A stretch of DNA of 41,530 bases, from the IMG/VR virus record IMGVR_UViG_3300037047_000316, positions 1-41,530 of that record; one strand, 5' to 3'. The notes under the pieces were generated by a model that was given only the letters and a program-made list of their open reading frames with translations, was not told the origin of the DNA and made no database searches. This stretch comes from a virus (Duplodnaviria; Caudoviricetes). A program made the position numbers and the translations under genes. Below, piece by piece: positions 16,765 through 24,943 of the stretch. Within the stretch, counting starts at the first letter, position 1, and every line of letters begins with the position of its first letter.

Positions 16765-17676
16765 TGTGACCTCCTTGTGGTTTTTCCCCGAAGCCTTGTC
16801 GGCGCCGGCGTCGCCGGCCTTACCGTGTTCTTCGGAAAGCTTGAATGCCGCGGCCGCTTCGGCCTCGGTGAGCAGCTGGCACTTCTCGTGCGGCACGAAC
16901 TGCTCGTACTTGTTGTTGTCGCGCAGGCTGTGGGTGGAGTAGGTGCCGTCCGGGTGCACCGCGTGGACCACGTGCACGTCCTCGCCGCCGTTGACCTTCA
17001 CCAGGGCGCCGTAGGGGTGGCGGTTGGCCGGCACCATCAGCTTGCCCGCGGGAGCGTCCTCGAGGCGCACAATAGCGACCTCGTCCTCGGAGTCGTCCAG
17101 CATGGCGGCCAGGGGCGTCATGCCCTTGACCTTGGGGACGTCGGCGCCCAGCCAGGCCACGGCGCGCAGCACCGGGCCCTTCACGCCGAACTCGCGCTTG
17201 GCGTGCTCGTCCAGGTAGATCTCGGAGGACACGCTGTTGTAGAGCTTCGCCTTGATCGCCTTAGCGACCAGGGCCGGCACGTCCACGAAGTCGGCGAAGA
17301 GGCTCGCACCCTTGCGGAACACGCGGGACACCCAGCCCACGGCCGGCAGGCCGTTGATCTTGGCGAAGGTCTGCGCGTCGTCATGGCCGAGCTTGGAGGG
17401 CGCGCGGTGCTTGCCCGCGGCTATCAGGTCGTTGGTATTCTTGACGATGGTGTCCAGGTCAGCCTCGGTGTACTTGCGGCCGTAGTAGGTGCCGGCCTTG
17501 AAGATCTCGCGGCCGGAGATCTCTTCCAGGGACTCGTGCTCCTGGCAGGCCAGGAACTGCTTGTGCGCCACGGCCATGCGCTGGTCGATGTTCGGGTACT
17601 TAGCCTTCATGTCGTCGTCGTTCATGAAGCGGGCGGTAAAGGCTTTCTCGGTCTCTTTGGTATCGGGCTTGAGCAT
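16243..17676 (-). CDS. Prohead protease/scaffold (Mu gpI-like)
   Basis: EIFKAGTY, KLGHDD, PAVGWV, YNSVSSEI and LGADVPKVKGM motifs; coiled-coil C-terminal half. Confidence 0.85.
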   Translation of the reverse strand: MLKPDTKETEKAFTARFMNDDDMKAKYPNIDQRMAVAHKQFLACQEHESLEEISGREIFKAGTYYGRKYTEADLDTIVKNTNDLIAAGKHRAPSKLGHDDAQTFAKINGLPAVGWVSRVFRKGASLFADFVDVPALVAKAIKAKLYNSVSSEIYLDEHAKREFGVKGPVLRAVAWLGADVPKVKGMTPLAAMLDDSEDEVAIVRLEDAPAGKLMVPANRHPYGALVKVNGGEDVHVVHAVHPDGTYSTHSLRDNNKYEQFVPHEKCQLLTEAEAAAAFKLSEEHGKAGDAGADKASGKNHKEVTMTEQEIEALKADKAASDQKAAEALKFGEEQKKKLEALELKGKEDRIAAFCDTHKAVLIPALQPKFKTLALAQSAVVKFDDKEVQPLEAFLSLTEEILKAKAVPTGETPEGKEKGEASTDATVKLEETFKNSGKGKDDVRNADLAVKAEKYAEEHKCSYREALLKLSQTEKKED

Positions 17677-17688
17677 GGCTCCTCCTGG

Positions 17689-19905
17689 TTATTTGAAACC
17701 CGCGTCCGGCTGTACGCCTGCGGGCGGGGGCGCGGACACGGTGAACTTCTCGTACTTGGTGACGGGTATCTTCATGCAGCGGCAGTTGAAGCCGTTAGGC
17801 GGCGTCCACAGCTTCCAGACGGGGTCGGTGGCCAGGTAGATGCGGCCGTCCATGCGCTCATGGTTGGAGCGCACGCGGTCGTCCAGGATGGCCGAGTACT
17901 GGAAGGCCACCACGAACTCGCGCATGTCGGGCGTGGTAAAGAAGGCGTCGCGGCTCTGGTTGTACGCCTCGGACACGTTGGTGCGCACGGCCGTCTCCAG
18001 GCGGGCCGCCAGCAGGTCCTCGGAGATGTCCGAGGCCACGCCAGGCTTGCCCACGTAGGGCTCCACGGCGCCCTGGATGTTGTGGTAGATGTCGCCGTAG
18101 GACTTGCCGGTCTTGATGCCGTTGTAGAGCTCGGCCTTGATGATGTCCAGCACCTTCTTCACGGTGACGTCGGTCATCCAGAAGGACTTGGCTTTGATGA
18201 ACTTCAGCACTTCCTCGGGGGTCATCCAGTCCAGGTCGGCGTGCTTGGCAACGGCGCGCACCTCGCGCCGGGCGTCGCGGCCGGCGAGGCGGGCCACGGA
18301 AAGCAGCTCGTCAGCGAACAGCTTGTTAAGGGCGCCCTTGCCGCGCAGGTCCAGCGCGTTGATGGCGGCCAGCTTGTTCTCCTCGATGATGCGGTCCTTC
18401 TGCACCTGCTCCATGCAGGCGTCCACCATGCCCTTCACCGCGGCCTGGGCTTCCGGCAGGATCCTGGCCACGGCCTCGTCCTGCACTTCCACCACGCCAG
18501 GGAAGTCCACCTTCTCCTCGAAGGCGGTCAGCTTGCGGCGGTAGCGCTTCTCCGCGAAGGACGCGGCGGTCGCGTCCGGGTACTCCGGCGCCGGCTTGCT
18601 GATGGGCTTGGGCGCGTTGACGGACTTGCTCGGGCGCAGCCGGTTGTCGGACTGGCCCTTGAAGCCGAGCATCTTGCGCAGCTGCTCCTCGTCTTCCGGG
18701 GTGGCGATGATGGCGCCCTGCTGCACGCACTTGAGGAACATCTCTATCTGCGGGTTGAGGTCCTCGGGGAACAGCGGCTTGAACTTGAAGGTGGGGTACT
18801 TGTAGACGCCGGTGTAGTTGTAGTCCACCAGGCGCTTGATAAGGGTGGCCATGGGGCCGGTGGAGAGGTCGCGCCCCAGGTAGTCCAGGTACATGACCAG
18901 GATGTCGAACTGCACCTGGCCGAGCGTGCCCACGCCGCCGCCCTCGCCCTTGGAGCTGCCGGTGGTCTTGCCGGCGCCGCTGGTGAGGGTCTGGCCCATG
19001 ATAACCTTGGCTATCTGCGCGTCGGCCTTCTCGATGATGTTGAGGAACGCCTCCGAGCCCTTGCCGGCCAGCTCCTTGAAGTCCACCTTGGTGCCGTCCG
19101 GCACGATGATGGCGTGCTCGATGCGCAGCTTGGTCAGCGCCACCAGGAACTCGTCCTGCTGCGCCTTGGTAAAGTGCTTGGGGTAGGTGCCGGTGGGGAT
19201 AGGCAGGCCGAACTTCTCCATGTACACGCCCATGGCGCGTATCATGGTCTGCTTCACCCACCACCACTGGTAGAGCGCGCGCAGGCGGGCCGTGCCGAAC
19301 ACGTTCTCGTAGCGCTTCATGAACGAGTACAGCAGGAACTTCTCGATGGGGTACTTGCGGCCGTACTCGGGGTAGGTGATGGCGACCACGCTCTGCGGGT
19401 TGCTGAAATCGTCCACGGCCACGTTGAAGTACTTGGGGTTCTTGCTCTTGATGGCCTGCAGGCCCACCTTGCCGGCGTAGGGGCCGTCCTCGTAGAAGCG
19501 GTGCACCAGCTCCTGCAGGGACCAGCCTATCTCGAGGCCGCCCATCACGTTGAGCAGCACGTTGTGGAAGCTGCAGCCGTCCTGCATGTTCTCGAGCGCG
19601 TAGCCCACAAAGTCCGCCACCTCGATGTCGCGGGGATCCTCGGAGGCCGCCTCTATCTCGTAGCCGGAGGAGAGCCGTATCAGCTTGAGCGCCGTGATGG
19701 AGAGGTTGACCTGGTCGTCGGTCATCATCTTCTCGTAGGCGTCGAACTTCTTCTTGGTGATCAGGTCGTCCGGGCTGTACTGCAGGGTCTCCATGCGGGA
19801 GTACTGCGAGTCCTGGGAGACCGCAACCTCCTGGGTAGGCAGAACCTCCCGGGTGGAGCCCGGGAGCTTGTCGGCGAAGCGGCGTACCAGGTCGGCTATG
19901 TTCAT
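17689..19905 (-). CDS. Portal protein (Mu gp29/DUF935-like) fused to a MuF/SPP1-gp7-like head morphogenesis domain
   Basis: Portal motifs MEKFGLPIPTGTYP and QIAKVIMGQTLTS; MuF motifs RLETAVRTN, YSAILDDRVRSNH and PPNGFNCRC, all in one ORF. Confidence 0.85.
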   Translation of the reverse strand: MNIADLVRRFADKLPGSTREVLPTQEVAVSQDSQYSRMETLQYSPDDLITKKKFDAYEKMMTDDQVNLSITALKLIRLSSGYEIEAASEDPRDIEVADFVGYALENMQDGCSFHNVLLNVMGGLEIGWSLQELVHRFYEDGPYAGKVGLQAIKSKNPKYFNVAVDDFSNPQSVVAITYPEYGRKYPIEKFLLYSFMKRYENVFGTARLRALYQWWWVKQTMIRAMGVYMEKFGLPIPTGTYPKHFTKAQQDEFLVALTKLRIEHAIIVPDGTKVDFKELAGKGSEAFLNIIEKADAQIAKVIMGQTLTSGAGKTTGSSKGEGGGVGTLGQVQFDILVMYLDYLGRDLSTGPMATLIKRLVDYNYTGVYKYPTFKFKPLFPEDLNPQIEMFLKCVQQGAIIATPEDEEQLRKMLGFKGQSDNRLRPSKSVNAPKPISKPAPEYPDATAASFAEKRYRRKLTAFEEKVDFPGVVEVQDEAVARILPEAQAAVKGMVDACMEQVQKDRIIEENKLAAINALDLRGKGALNKLFADELLSVARLAGRDARREVRAVAKHADLDWMTPEEVLKFIKAKSFWMTDVTVKKVLDIIKAELYNGIKTGKSYGDIYHNIQGAVEPYVGKPGVASDISEDLLAARLETAVRTNVSEAYNQSRDAFFTTPDMREFVVAFQYSAILDDRVRSNHERMDGRIYLATDPVWKLWTPPNGFNCRCMKIPVTKYEKFTVSAPPPAGVQPDAGFK

Positions 19906-21485
19906 CAGATCAGACCTTCCTCGAAGGAGATGTCCCCGATGGGACTGTCGGGCGCGTACTCGTGGACGGGTTCCGCGTGGTGCCCGGACGAGATGGCCGC
20001 GGCTACGGAGTTACTTGTGGCGCAATGGTCGGCGCCCCACACCGCCAGCACTACGGCGTCGGCCTTGTCGGGGGAATAGCCAAGGCGGTTCTTAAGGCCC
20101 CACTTGCTGCGGCTGCCGGACGCGGCCGTGCTTGAAGCGTGCTTGGGCTCAACCTCTATGCGACCGTCCGAGGTCAGGCGGTACTTCACAGCGCTCAATT
20201 GCGCCTGCAGCTCCATGTCCGCCGGCAAGCTGATAAGCAGGTTCTGCTCCCTGCTCGCGGGGTCGAGGCGGTCGCGCAGGTTCCACCACATCTGGCTGCG
20301 CTTGTTGACGAAGACCTCTTTGGCGGGGCGCCAGCGGTCGCCGTGCTGCACCATGCCCTCAGCTTCCTCGCCGCAGTCTACGCCTATGGCCGGCAGTTGC
20401 TGCTCAACGAGCCGGTCCACCGGGCCCCCGCCCATGCCGACCACGTCCAGGAACGCCCAGGTGGTGCGCTCGCCTTCGGTGCCGGACGGGTTACGCTCGG
20501 CGCGTAGCGCCTGGGCGAATACGCCGGTGGTGTACATGAGGTCGAAGTTGTGCCAAGAGGTGACCGGCTCGACCTCGCGGCCTTTTATGGGCGCGATAGC
20601 GCTGGAGTCATCGCCGAAGCGAGCGATGTCGCCGCCGAAGATGCGGAGCCCCTTGTTGTTGGCCTTCCGGTTGAAGGCGGACTCTATCCAGTCCAGGGGG
20701 ATAAGCGTGTCGGGCGCCGCGGTGGGGTACTCGTTGAGGACCTTCGAACGGTAGAAGTTGGACTTCTCGCCGTACTTCTTGGCCCACGCCTCCACGGCCT
20801 TGATGCTGATGGCGCCGGGGATCCACTCTGCCACGCGCTTCGGGTCGCTGTTCGGCAGGTCGTAGAAGGAAATGCTGACGTGCGCCCAGAGGGCGGCGTC
20901 CTTGTGCGCTACGTCGAAAGACGGGCCACTGGACACGACGCGATTGTGCAGCATGAGAATGTGCGCCGTACCGCCAGCCATCATGTTTTCGAGCTCGTCC
21001 ATGATGTCGCGGGAGATGCCGTGCGCGTCGTCCAGGATCAGCAGGTCGTGCGGGCCGTGTATGCCGTGCACGTTTTCGCCGCGGTCGGTGGAAAAACCCT
21101 CGTAGTACCAGTCGTTGGCGAACTCCACATGCGGCTTGTCGTAGATTTTGCAACCGAGCGGGGTGCCGTTGTTCTCGGCGGCGCGCACGAGCTTTGGGAT
21201 GTAGCCCCAGAGGTTGGTGTCCACCTGGCGGAAGGAGGGGGCGATGCTGAACACGCGAGAACCAGGGCCCCAGCGCAGGAGCCAGAGCAGGGTCAGCATG
21301 GCGGCGGTGTAAGTCTTGGTGGAGGAAACGCACCCGGAGCACTCGGTGCGGTCGTTATCAAACACGGTTCGGACCAGCTCTATCTGTTTTGCCCAGGGCT
21401 TCTGGCCTAAGAGCTTGCACATGGCCCAGCCCGGATCCTGATGGATTTTGTTCTGCAAGGTTGTGCCGCGCAGACGGGTGCTCAC
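19905..21485 (-). CDS. terL: Terminase large subunit
   Basis: Nuclease motifs GGDIARFGDD, LDVVGMGGG and SPDKADA; ATPase domain with variant Walker motifs; upstream of the portal. Confidence 0.9.
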   Translation of the reverse strand: MSTRLRGTTLQNKIHQDPGWAMCKLLGQKPWAKQIELVRTVFDNDRTECSGCVSSTKTYTAAMLTLLWLLRWGPGSRVFSIAPSFRQVDTNLWGYIPKLVRAAENNGTPLGCKIYDKPHVEFANDWYYEGFSTDRGENVHGIHGPHDLLILDDAHGISRDIMDELENMMAGGTAHILMLHNRVVSSGPSFDVAHKDAALWAHVSISFYDLPNSDPKRVAEWIPGAISIKAVEAWAKKYGEKSNFYRSKVLNEYPTAAPDTLIPLDWIESAFNRKANNKGLRIFGGDIARFGDDSSAIAPIKGREVEPVTSWHNFDLMYTTGVFAQALRAERNPSGTEGERTTWAFLDVVGMGGGPVDRLVEQQLPAIGVDCGEEAEGMVQHGDRWRPAKEVFVNKRSQMWWNLRDRLDPASREQNLLISLPADMELQAQLSAVKYRLTSDGRIEVEPKHASSTAASGSRSKWGLKNRLGYSPDKADAVVLAVWGADHCATSNSVAAAISSGHHAEPVHEYAPDSPIGDISFEEGLI

Positions 21486-21838
21486 TCCTGCACCCCTTCG
21501 CCGGTAATAAGGCTCTTGAGCGTGAAGGAGCCGCTATGCTCTACACGGTTTACGCTGCGCCACTTATCCGCCGCGCGGTTGCCGAGGAAGTAGAAAATGG
21601 ACGCCTCGCGCCCAGCCTTTACGTTTTCAAAAAGCTTATCCTCGGCCACGCAGACCTGGCTGAGCCTGGCCTCGTCCACCTGCTTCTTGAAGTTCTGGTC
21701 TTCGGTGATCCACTCGTAGAAGGCGTTGCGCCCTACCTTCGCGGCTTTGCACGCGGCCGTAATAGTGGACCCATTGCACAGGCTCTTGAGTATAGCCTGC
21801 TTGGTACCGTTGGGTTTGTAGGGTCCTTTTTTTGCCAT
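21482..21838 (-). CDS. terS: Terminase small subunit
   Basis: HTH TITAACKAAKVGRNAFYEW, AEDKLF and SIFYFLGNR...W motifs; overlaps the terL start. Confidence 0.8.
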   Translation of the reverse strand: MAKKGPYKPNGTKQAILKSLCNGSTITAACKAAKVGRNAFYEWITEDQNFKKQVDEARLSQVCVAEDKLFENVKAGREASIFYFLGNRAADKWRSVNRVEHSGSFTLKSLITGEGVQE

Positions 21839-21862
21839 GGCCGAGTTACCGTGCGGCCAGGC

Positions 21863-21894
21863 AAATAAATATCCCGGCCAGTTGACCGGGACAT
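21863..21894 (-). terminator. Intrinsic terminator-like hairpin 2 in the late leader
   Basis: Minus strand ATGTCCCGGTCA-AC-TGGCCGGGATAT followed by TTATTT. Confidence 0.55.
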
Positions 21895-21898
21895 TTTT

Positions 21899-21926
21899 AA
21901 AATGCTCCGGCACTCTGCCAAGAGCA
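21899..21926 (-). terminator. Terminator-like hairpin 1 in the late leader; its 5' arm is the GCTCTTGGCA motif
   Basis: Minus strand TGCTCTTGGCA-GAG-TGCCGGAGCA-TTTT. Confidence 0.5.
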
Positions 21927-21943
21927 ATTAATCCTACGCTTCA

Positions 21944-21973
21944 AGTATACCGTGCGCGGTTGACGTTTAGCAA
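21944..21973 (-). promoter_or_regulatory. Putative late promoter (sigma70-type)
   Basis: TTGCTA-N18-TATACT in the AT-rich gap upstream of terS; AGCAATTAA direct repeat at 21923 and 21969. Confidence 0.55.
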
Positions 21974-21983
21974 TTAACAAAAG

Positions 21984-22154
21984 TTAACATTTTGTCAGCC
22001 GGGCATATTCCTCGGGGTACTCACGCCGGAAGCGGGTGAGCCGCATCATGGCGCAGTGGTACGTCATGCAGCGCTTGGCCGTCCAGGTCTTGAGCGTGCC
22101 GGCCGCGTACGCCTTCACGATCTCCACGGACTCGGTGTAGGTGGCGGTCTTCAT
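21984..22154 (-). CDS. Small basic protein (56 aa) at the late-regulator position
   Basis: MKTATY start with GGAGG RBS and ATGA coupling; last early gene before the late promoter. Confidence 0.5.
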   Translation of the reverse strand: MKTATYTESVEIVKAYAAGTLKTWTAKRCMTYHCAMMRLTRFRREYPEEYARLTKC

Positions 22155-22333
22155 CTGCGCCTCCGCATATAGAGCCGGAACTGCCAGCTCCAGCGGAACA
22201 GGCTGAGGTAGAGCCAGGTGACCTCCATGGTGTCCATCTCGTGCGCCTCCCACATGAGGCGCGTGTCGCAGCAGAAGATAGGGCGCATCTCCACATGCAC
22301 CGCAATCTGGGGGAACCAGGGCGGCACCTTCAT
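22151..22333 (-). CDS. Hypothetical protein (60 aa)
   Basis: MKVPPWF start, ATGA-coupled, with RBS. Confidence 0.45.
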   Translation of the reverse strand: MKVPPWFPQIAVHVEMRPIFCCDTRLMWEAHEMDTMEVTWLYLSLFRWSWQFRLYMRRRR

Positions 22334-22590
22334 GCCTGCCTCCCGAGCGCGTCCTCTACGATGTCGCCGGACACTACGGCCACCGGCGGCTGCGAGTTGC
22401 CGTAGATCCGCAGAGTCAGCTCGCCGCGGAACAGGAACTTGACGCGCTCCCAGACCGACGGCAGCGCCCACACGCTGTTGAGCGTGCCGTCGTCGAAGCG
22501 CGTGACCGGCAGCGGCTTTATCTCGCCGGTGCCGATGTACTTGTTGGTGGTGTGCCACTTGGTGACAGGCTTGAACTCTTTGGTGTTCAC
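22330..22590 (-). CDS. Phage hypothetical protein
   Basis: AGGAGG RBS with GTG start; SVW...WERVKFLF.G.L.L.I.G..QPPV pattern seen in phage proteins. Confidence 0.6.
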   Translation of the reverse strand: MNTKEFKPVTKWHTTNKYIGTGEIKPLPVTRFDDGTLNSVWALPSVWERVKFLFRGELTLRIYGNSQPPVAVVSGDIVEDALGRQA

Positions 22591-22599
22591 GTGGTCCTC

Positions 22600-22848
22600 C
22601 TAGAACTCGATGTTGATGCGGGCCGGCTTGTGCCCGATAACGTCGGACAGGCTGCCCCTGGCCGCCGCGGCGGGAGCGTCCGGCACGACAGCGAACTGAC
22701 CCGTGCAGAAAGACCACGACGACGACGCGGTCTGGTCATTATTGAACGCGACAGCCATGTCTCCTCTCGGGCTGACGGCCGCGTCCACCTCCGAGCCTAC
22801 GGGAAAATACCCTGTCCCGGACACGTCGAACAGTATCTTGATTTTCAT
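22600..22848 (-). CDS. Hypothetical protein (82 aa)
   Basis: MKIKILF start, GGAGG RBS, coupled to the upstream gene. Confidence 0.5.
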   Translation of the reverse strand: MKIKILFDVSGTGYFPVGSEVDAAVSPRGDMAVAFNNDQTASSSWSFCTGQFAVVPDAPAAAARGSLSDVIGHKPARINIEF

Positions 22849-23114
22849 TTTGCCTCCTGGTTCTTCTTGCTCGCTTCCGTCACCTTGGCGCGGACGCCCG
22901 CGTTCATCTTCTCGAGGTGGCAGTGCTTGTACTTCTTGCCGCTCCCGCAAGGGCACGGCTGGTTGCGGCCGGGCTCGGTGAAGCCCTTGCGGAACGGGCC
23001 GGCGGCGCTGTTGTACTTGTACACGAGCGGGGCCTTCTTCTCCGGCCGCGGTGTCCCGTTAGAGACCGTCGCGGACACCGAGTCGTCTACGATAAGTGCT
23101 ACCTGCTTTTTCAT
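22845..23114 (-). CDS. SEC-C (SecA C-terminal zinc-binding) motif protein (89 aa)
   Basis: PGRNQPCPCGSGKKYKHCH; start MKKQVAL behind AAGGAG. Confidence 0.8.
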   Translation of the reverse strand: MKKQVALIVDDSVSATVSNGTPRPEKKAPLVYKYNSAAGPFRKGFTEPGRNQPCPCGSGKKYKHCHLEKMNAGVRAKVTEASKKNQEAK

Positions 23115-23290
23115 CTTCGCTCCTTTCCCCGGCACGTCCGGGGCACTATCACCTGCAGATCCTGGGAGAGCCGCGGCTTGCGCGCCTGCTCCCGCTCGTC
23201 GAAGTGCCCGCGCCGGCAGAAGCGCTGGCCGGGCTCTCCGGGCTGGTACTGCCGGCAGTCTGGCCGGCACAGGGGCGGGGTGTCCATCAT
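23111..23290 (-). CDS. Small Cys-containing hypothetical protein
   Basis: ATGA-coupled ORF MMDTPPLCRPDC. Confidence 0.45.
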   Translation of the reverse strand: MMDTPPLCRPDCRQYQPGEPGQRFCRRGHFDEREQARKPRLSQDLQVIVPRTCRGKERR

Positions 23291-23511
23291 AGCCGGAACT
23301 CCCCGATGCTCTCCTCCACGAACACGCGCACCGGCCCCACCTCGGCCAGGGCGCGGTGCGAGCCGCACAGCGGCAGGTAGGGCGTCAGTGGGCGGCCCTC
23401 GGCCGGGTGGGGCTTCCTGCACTCGGGCAGGCCGCAGATGTAGATGTCCTCGCCCTTGTGCAGCTCCGGGCGGCCGAGGATGGCGCAGCAGATGCGCTTG
23501 GCGGGCTTCAT
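23287..23511 (-). CDS. Small Cys/His-rich hypothetical protein
   Basis: ATGA-coupled ORF MKPAKRICC...CGLPEC...LCGSH. Confidence 0.45.
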   Translation of the reverse strand: MKPAKRICCAILGRPELHKGEDIYICGLPECRKPHPAEGRPLTPYLPLCGSHRALAEVGPVRVFVEESIGEFRL

Positions 23512-23813
23512 GCTTCCACCTCGTAAAGGTGCATGGTGGTCGGGTGCACGTTCACGTACTCGGCCCGCGGCGGCAGGATCATGGCCATGTGCGCCTGGTC
23601 GGGCACGAGCTTGTAGCGGGCCTCGCGTATCTCGTCCCAGGTGGGAATGCGCGAGGTATGGCTGATGCTCAGGTGCCAGCCCATGCGGCCGCCTTTCCCG
23701 AACGGCTCCTGGCCTACCAGGACGCGCAGCTGGCCGTCCGCAACGCGGCCCTCGTAGTTGCGCAGGCCTTTCCACGGCATGCGCTCGATGTATTCGGTGG
23801 GCGCTGTCTTCAT
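23508..23813 (-). CDS. Conserved phage protein of unknown function
   Basis: GWHLSIS...PTWDE....R...PPRAEYVNVHP..MHL motif that recurs in phages. Confidence 0.7.
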   Translation of the reverse strand: MKTAPTEYIERMPWKGLRNYEGRVADGQLRVLVGQEPFGKGGRMGWHLSISHTSRIPTWDEIREARYKLVPDQAHMAMILPPRAEYVNVHPTTMHLYEVEA

Positions 23814-24022
23814 AGTTTCTCCTGCGACTGGACACCGACCTCTATTGCGCTATCGCTTGCCAGAGGGGCGCGGCACAAAGACATCGTGGACCGAAATCCC
23901 CGGCGCTTGTAGTGGCGCGACATCGGCCTTACTCCGCCGCACTTAGGGCAAACTATCATCGCCTGATTAGGCTCTATCTTGTCGCACCTTTTACAGGTGC
24001 AACGGCTCATGGTGAGTATCAT
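23810..24022 (-). CDS. Zn-ribbon protein (70 aa)
   Basis: CKRC...CPKC; coupled start; lower-GC codons. Confidence 0.45.
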   Translation of the reverse strand: MILTMSRCTCKRCDKIEPNQAMIVCPKCGGVRPMSRHYKRRGFRSTMSLCRAPLASDSAIEVGVQSQEKL

Positions 24023-24216
24023 CCTTTTTCCTCCTCGGTCGTCACGGCCTTCTCTGCCTCCAGGCACTCCTTGCAGCGCAGGATCCCGCCGCCGAGGCAC
24101 CTGTACAGGTTGTGGGACAGCAGGCGACAGCCAGGGGGGCAGGCTTCGAGCCAGCGGCAGTGGTGGCAGTACTTGTCGTCGGCCGCTATCTTGATGCGGA
24201 TGGTGATGGTGGTCAT
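24019..24216 (-). CDS. Cys-rich hypothetical protein
   Basis: CHHC...C...RCKECLEAE. Confidence 0.5.
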   Translation of the reverse strand: MTTITIRIKIAADDKYCHHCRWLEACPPGCRLLSHNLYRCLGGGILRCKECLEAEKAVTTEEEKG

Positions 24217-24554
24217 GGGCGTGTCTCCTCGGCCTCTTTAAGAATTGCCTTGAAATCACGCCGGGCCATGCCGTCGGAGAGATACACGCTGTCCCACTCC
24301 CGCAGCCGCCTGACCATTATCTCGTAGATGCCGCACTTGAACAGGGAAGTCCCGGCCAGCTTACTCTCCGCATCCAGCTGCGCGCGCAGCGCCTTGATAC
24401 ACTCACGTTGCTTGCTGAGGCGGAACTCGTACTCCGCGAGGCGCGACAACTCCTGCTCTATCGCGGCGTTGAGCTCCCGCTCGATCGTCAGCCGGTCCCG
24501 CAGGCCGCCGTCCGGGCCGGTAATGCGGGCCTTGAGGTCGGTGAGGGCGCTCAT
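24213..24554 (-). CDS. Coiled-coil hypothetical protein
   Basis: ORF in an ATGA-coupled chain. Confidence 0.55.
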   Translation of the reverse strand: MSALTDLKARITGPDGGLRDRLTIERELNAAIEQELSRLAEYEFRLSKQRECIKALRAQLDAESKLAGTSLFKCGIYEIMVRRLREWDSVYLSDGMARRDFKAILKEAEETRP

Positions 24555-24943
24555 GACGGTCTCCTGAACCAGCTGGCGTCTCCTTCGGCGCTGGCGCAGT
24601 CCATGCCGAGCATGTACATGGCCGTGCGTCTGGTCCTCTCGGCGCAGGCCTTGGCTTCGTTCAGCTCCTGGTACATGGTGTCAGGCATGACTACGTAACC
24701 GGGGCCGAGGTACAGCGCGCGCTTGCCGGCCTCGATCGCGGCGCTAAACGTCAGAAAGGCGGAGTGGCACTTCCCGACCGTCCGCATGGGGATGATGAAC
24801 TCCGGTGTCCGCTCCGGCTCGTTTAGGATCAGGGCCTCAAGGCCGCGCTCGTACTCGCGGCAGATGGCCCAGGCGACCACGGCGCCGAGCAGAAAGGCGG
24901 GGCCGCCGATAACGAAGTACTGCCAGAGGTGGACGTTGTTCAT
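24551..24943 (-). CDS. Hypothetical protein with N-terminal TM segment
   Basis: WQYFVIGGPAFLLGAVVAWAIC; coupled ORF. Confidence 0.5.
   Translation of the reverse strand: MNNVHLWQYFVIGGPAFLLGAVVAWAICREYERGLEALILNEPERTPEFIIPMRTVGKCHSAFLTFSAAIEAGKRALYLGPGYVVMPDTMYQELNEAKACAERTRRTAMYMLGMDCASAEGDASWFRRPS

Noticed and set aside
17689-18300. MuF polymorphic toxin
   Set aside because: The protein ends shortly after the NCRC motif; no toxin extension or immunity gene.
15928-20079. 1383-aa plus-strand ORF, and other long plus-strand ORFs such as 170-1456, 10073-12238 and 29379-30698
   Set aside because: Antisense shadows of real minus-strand genes caused by high GC3; no RBS or motifs, and composition typical of reverse-frame translation.
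12720-21485. Transposable Mu-like phage
   Set aside because: Only the head genes are Mu-like; there is no MuA/MuB, and a tyrosine integrase, xis and att-like site are present.
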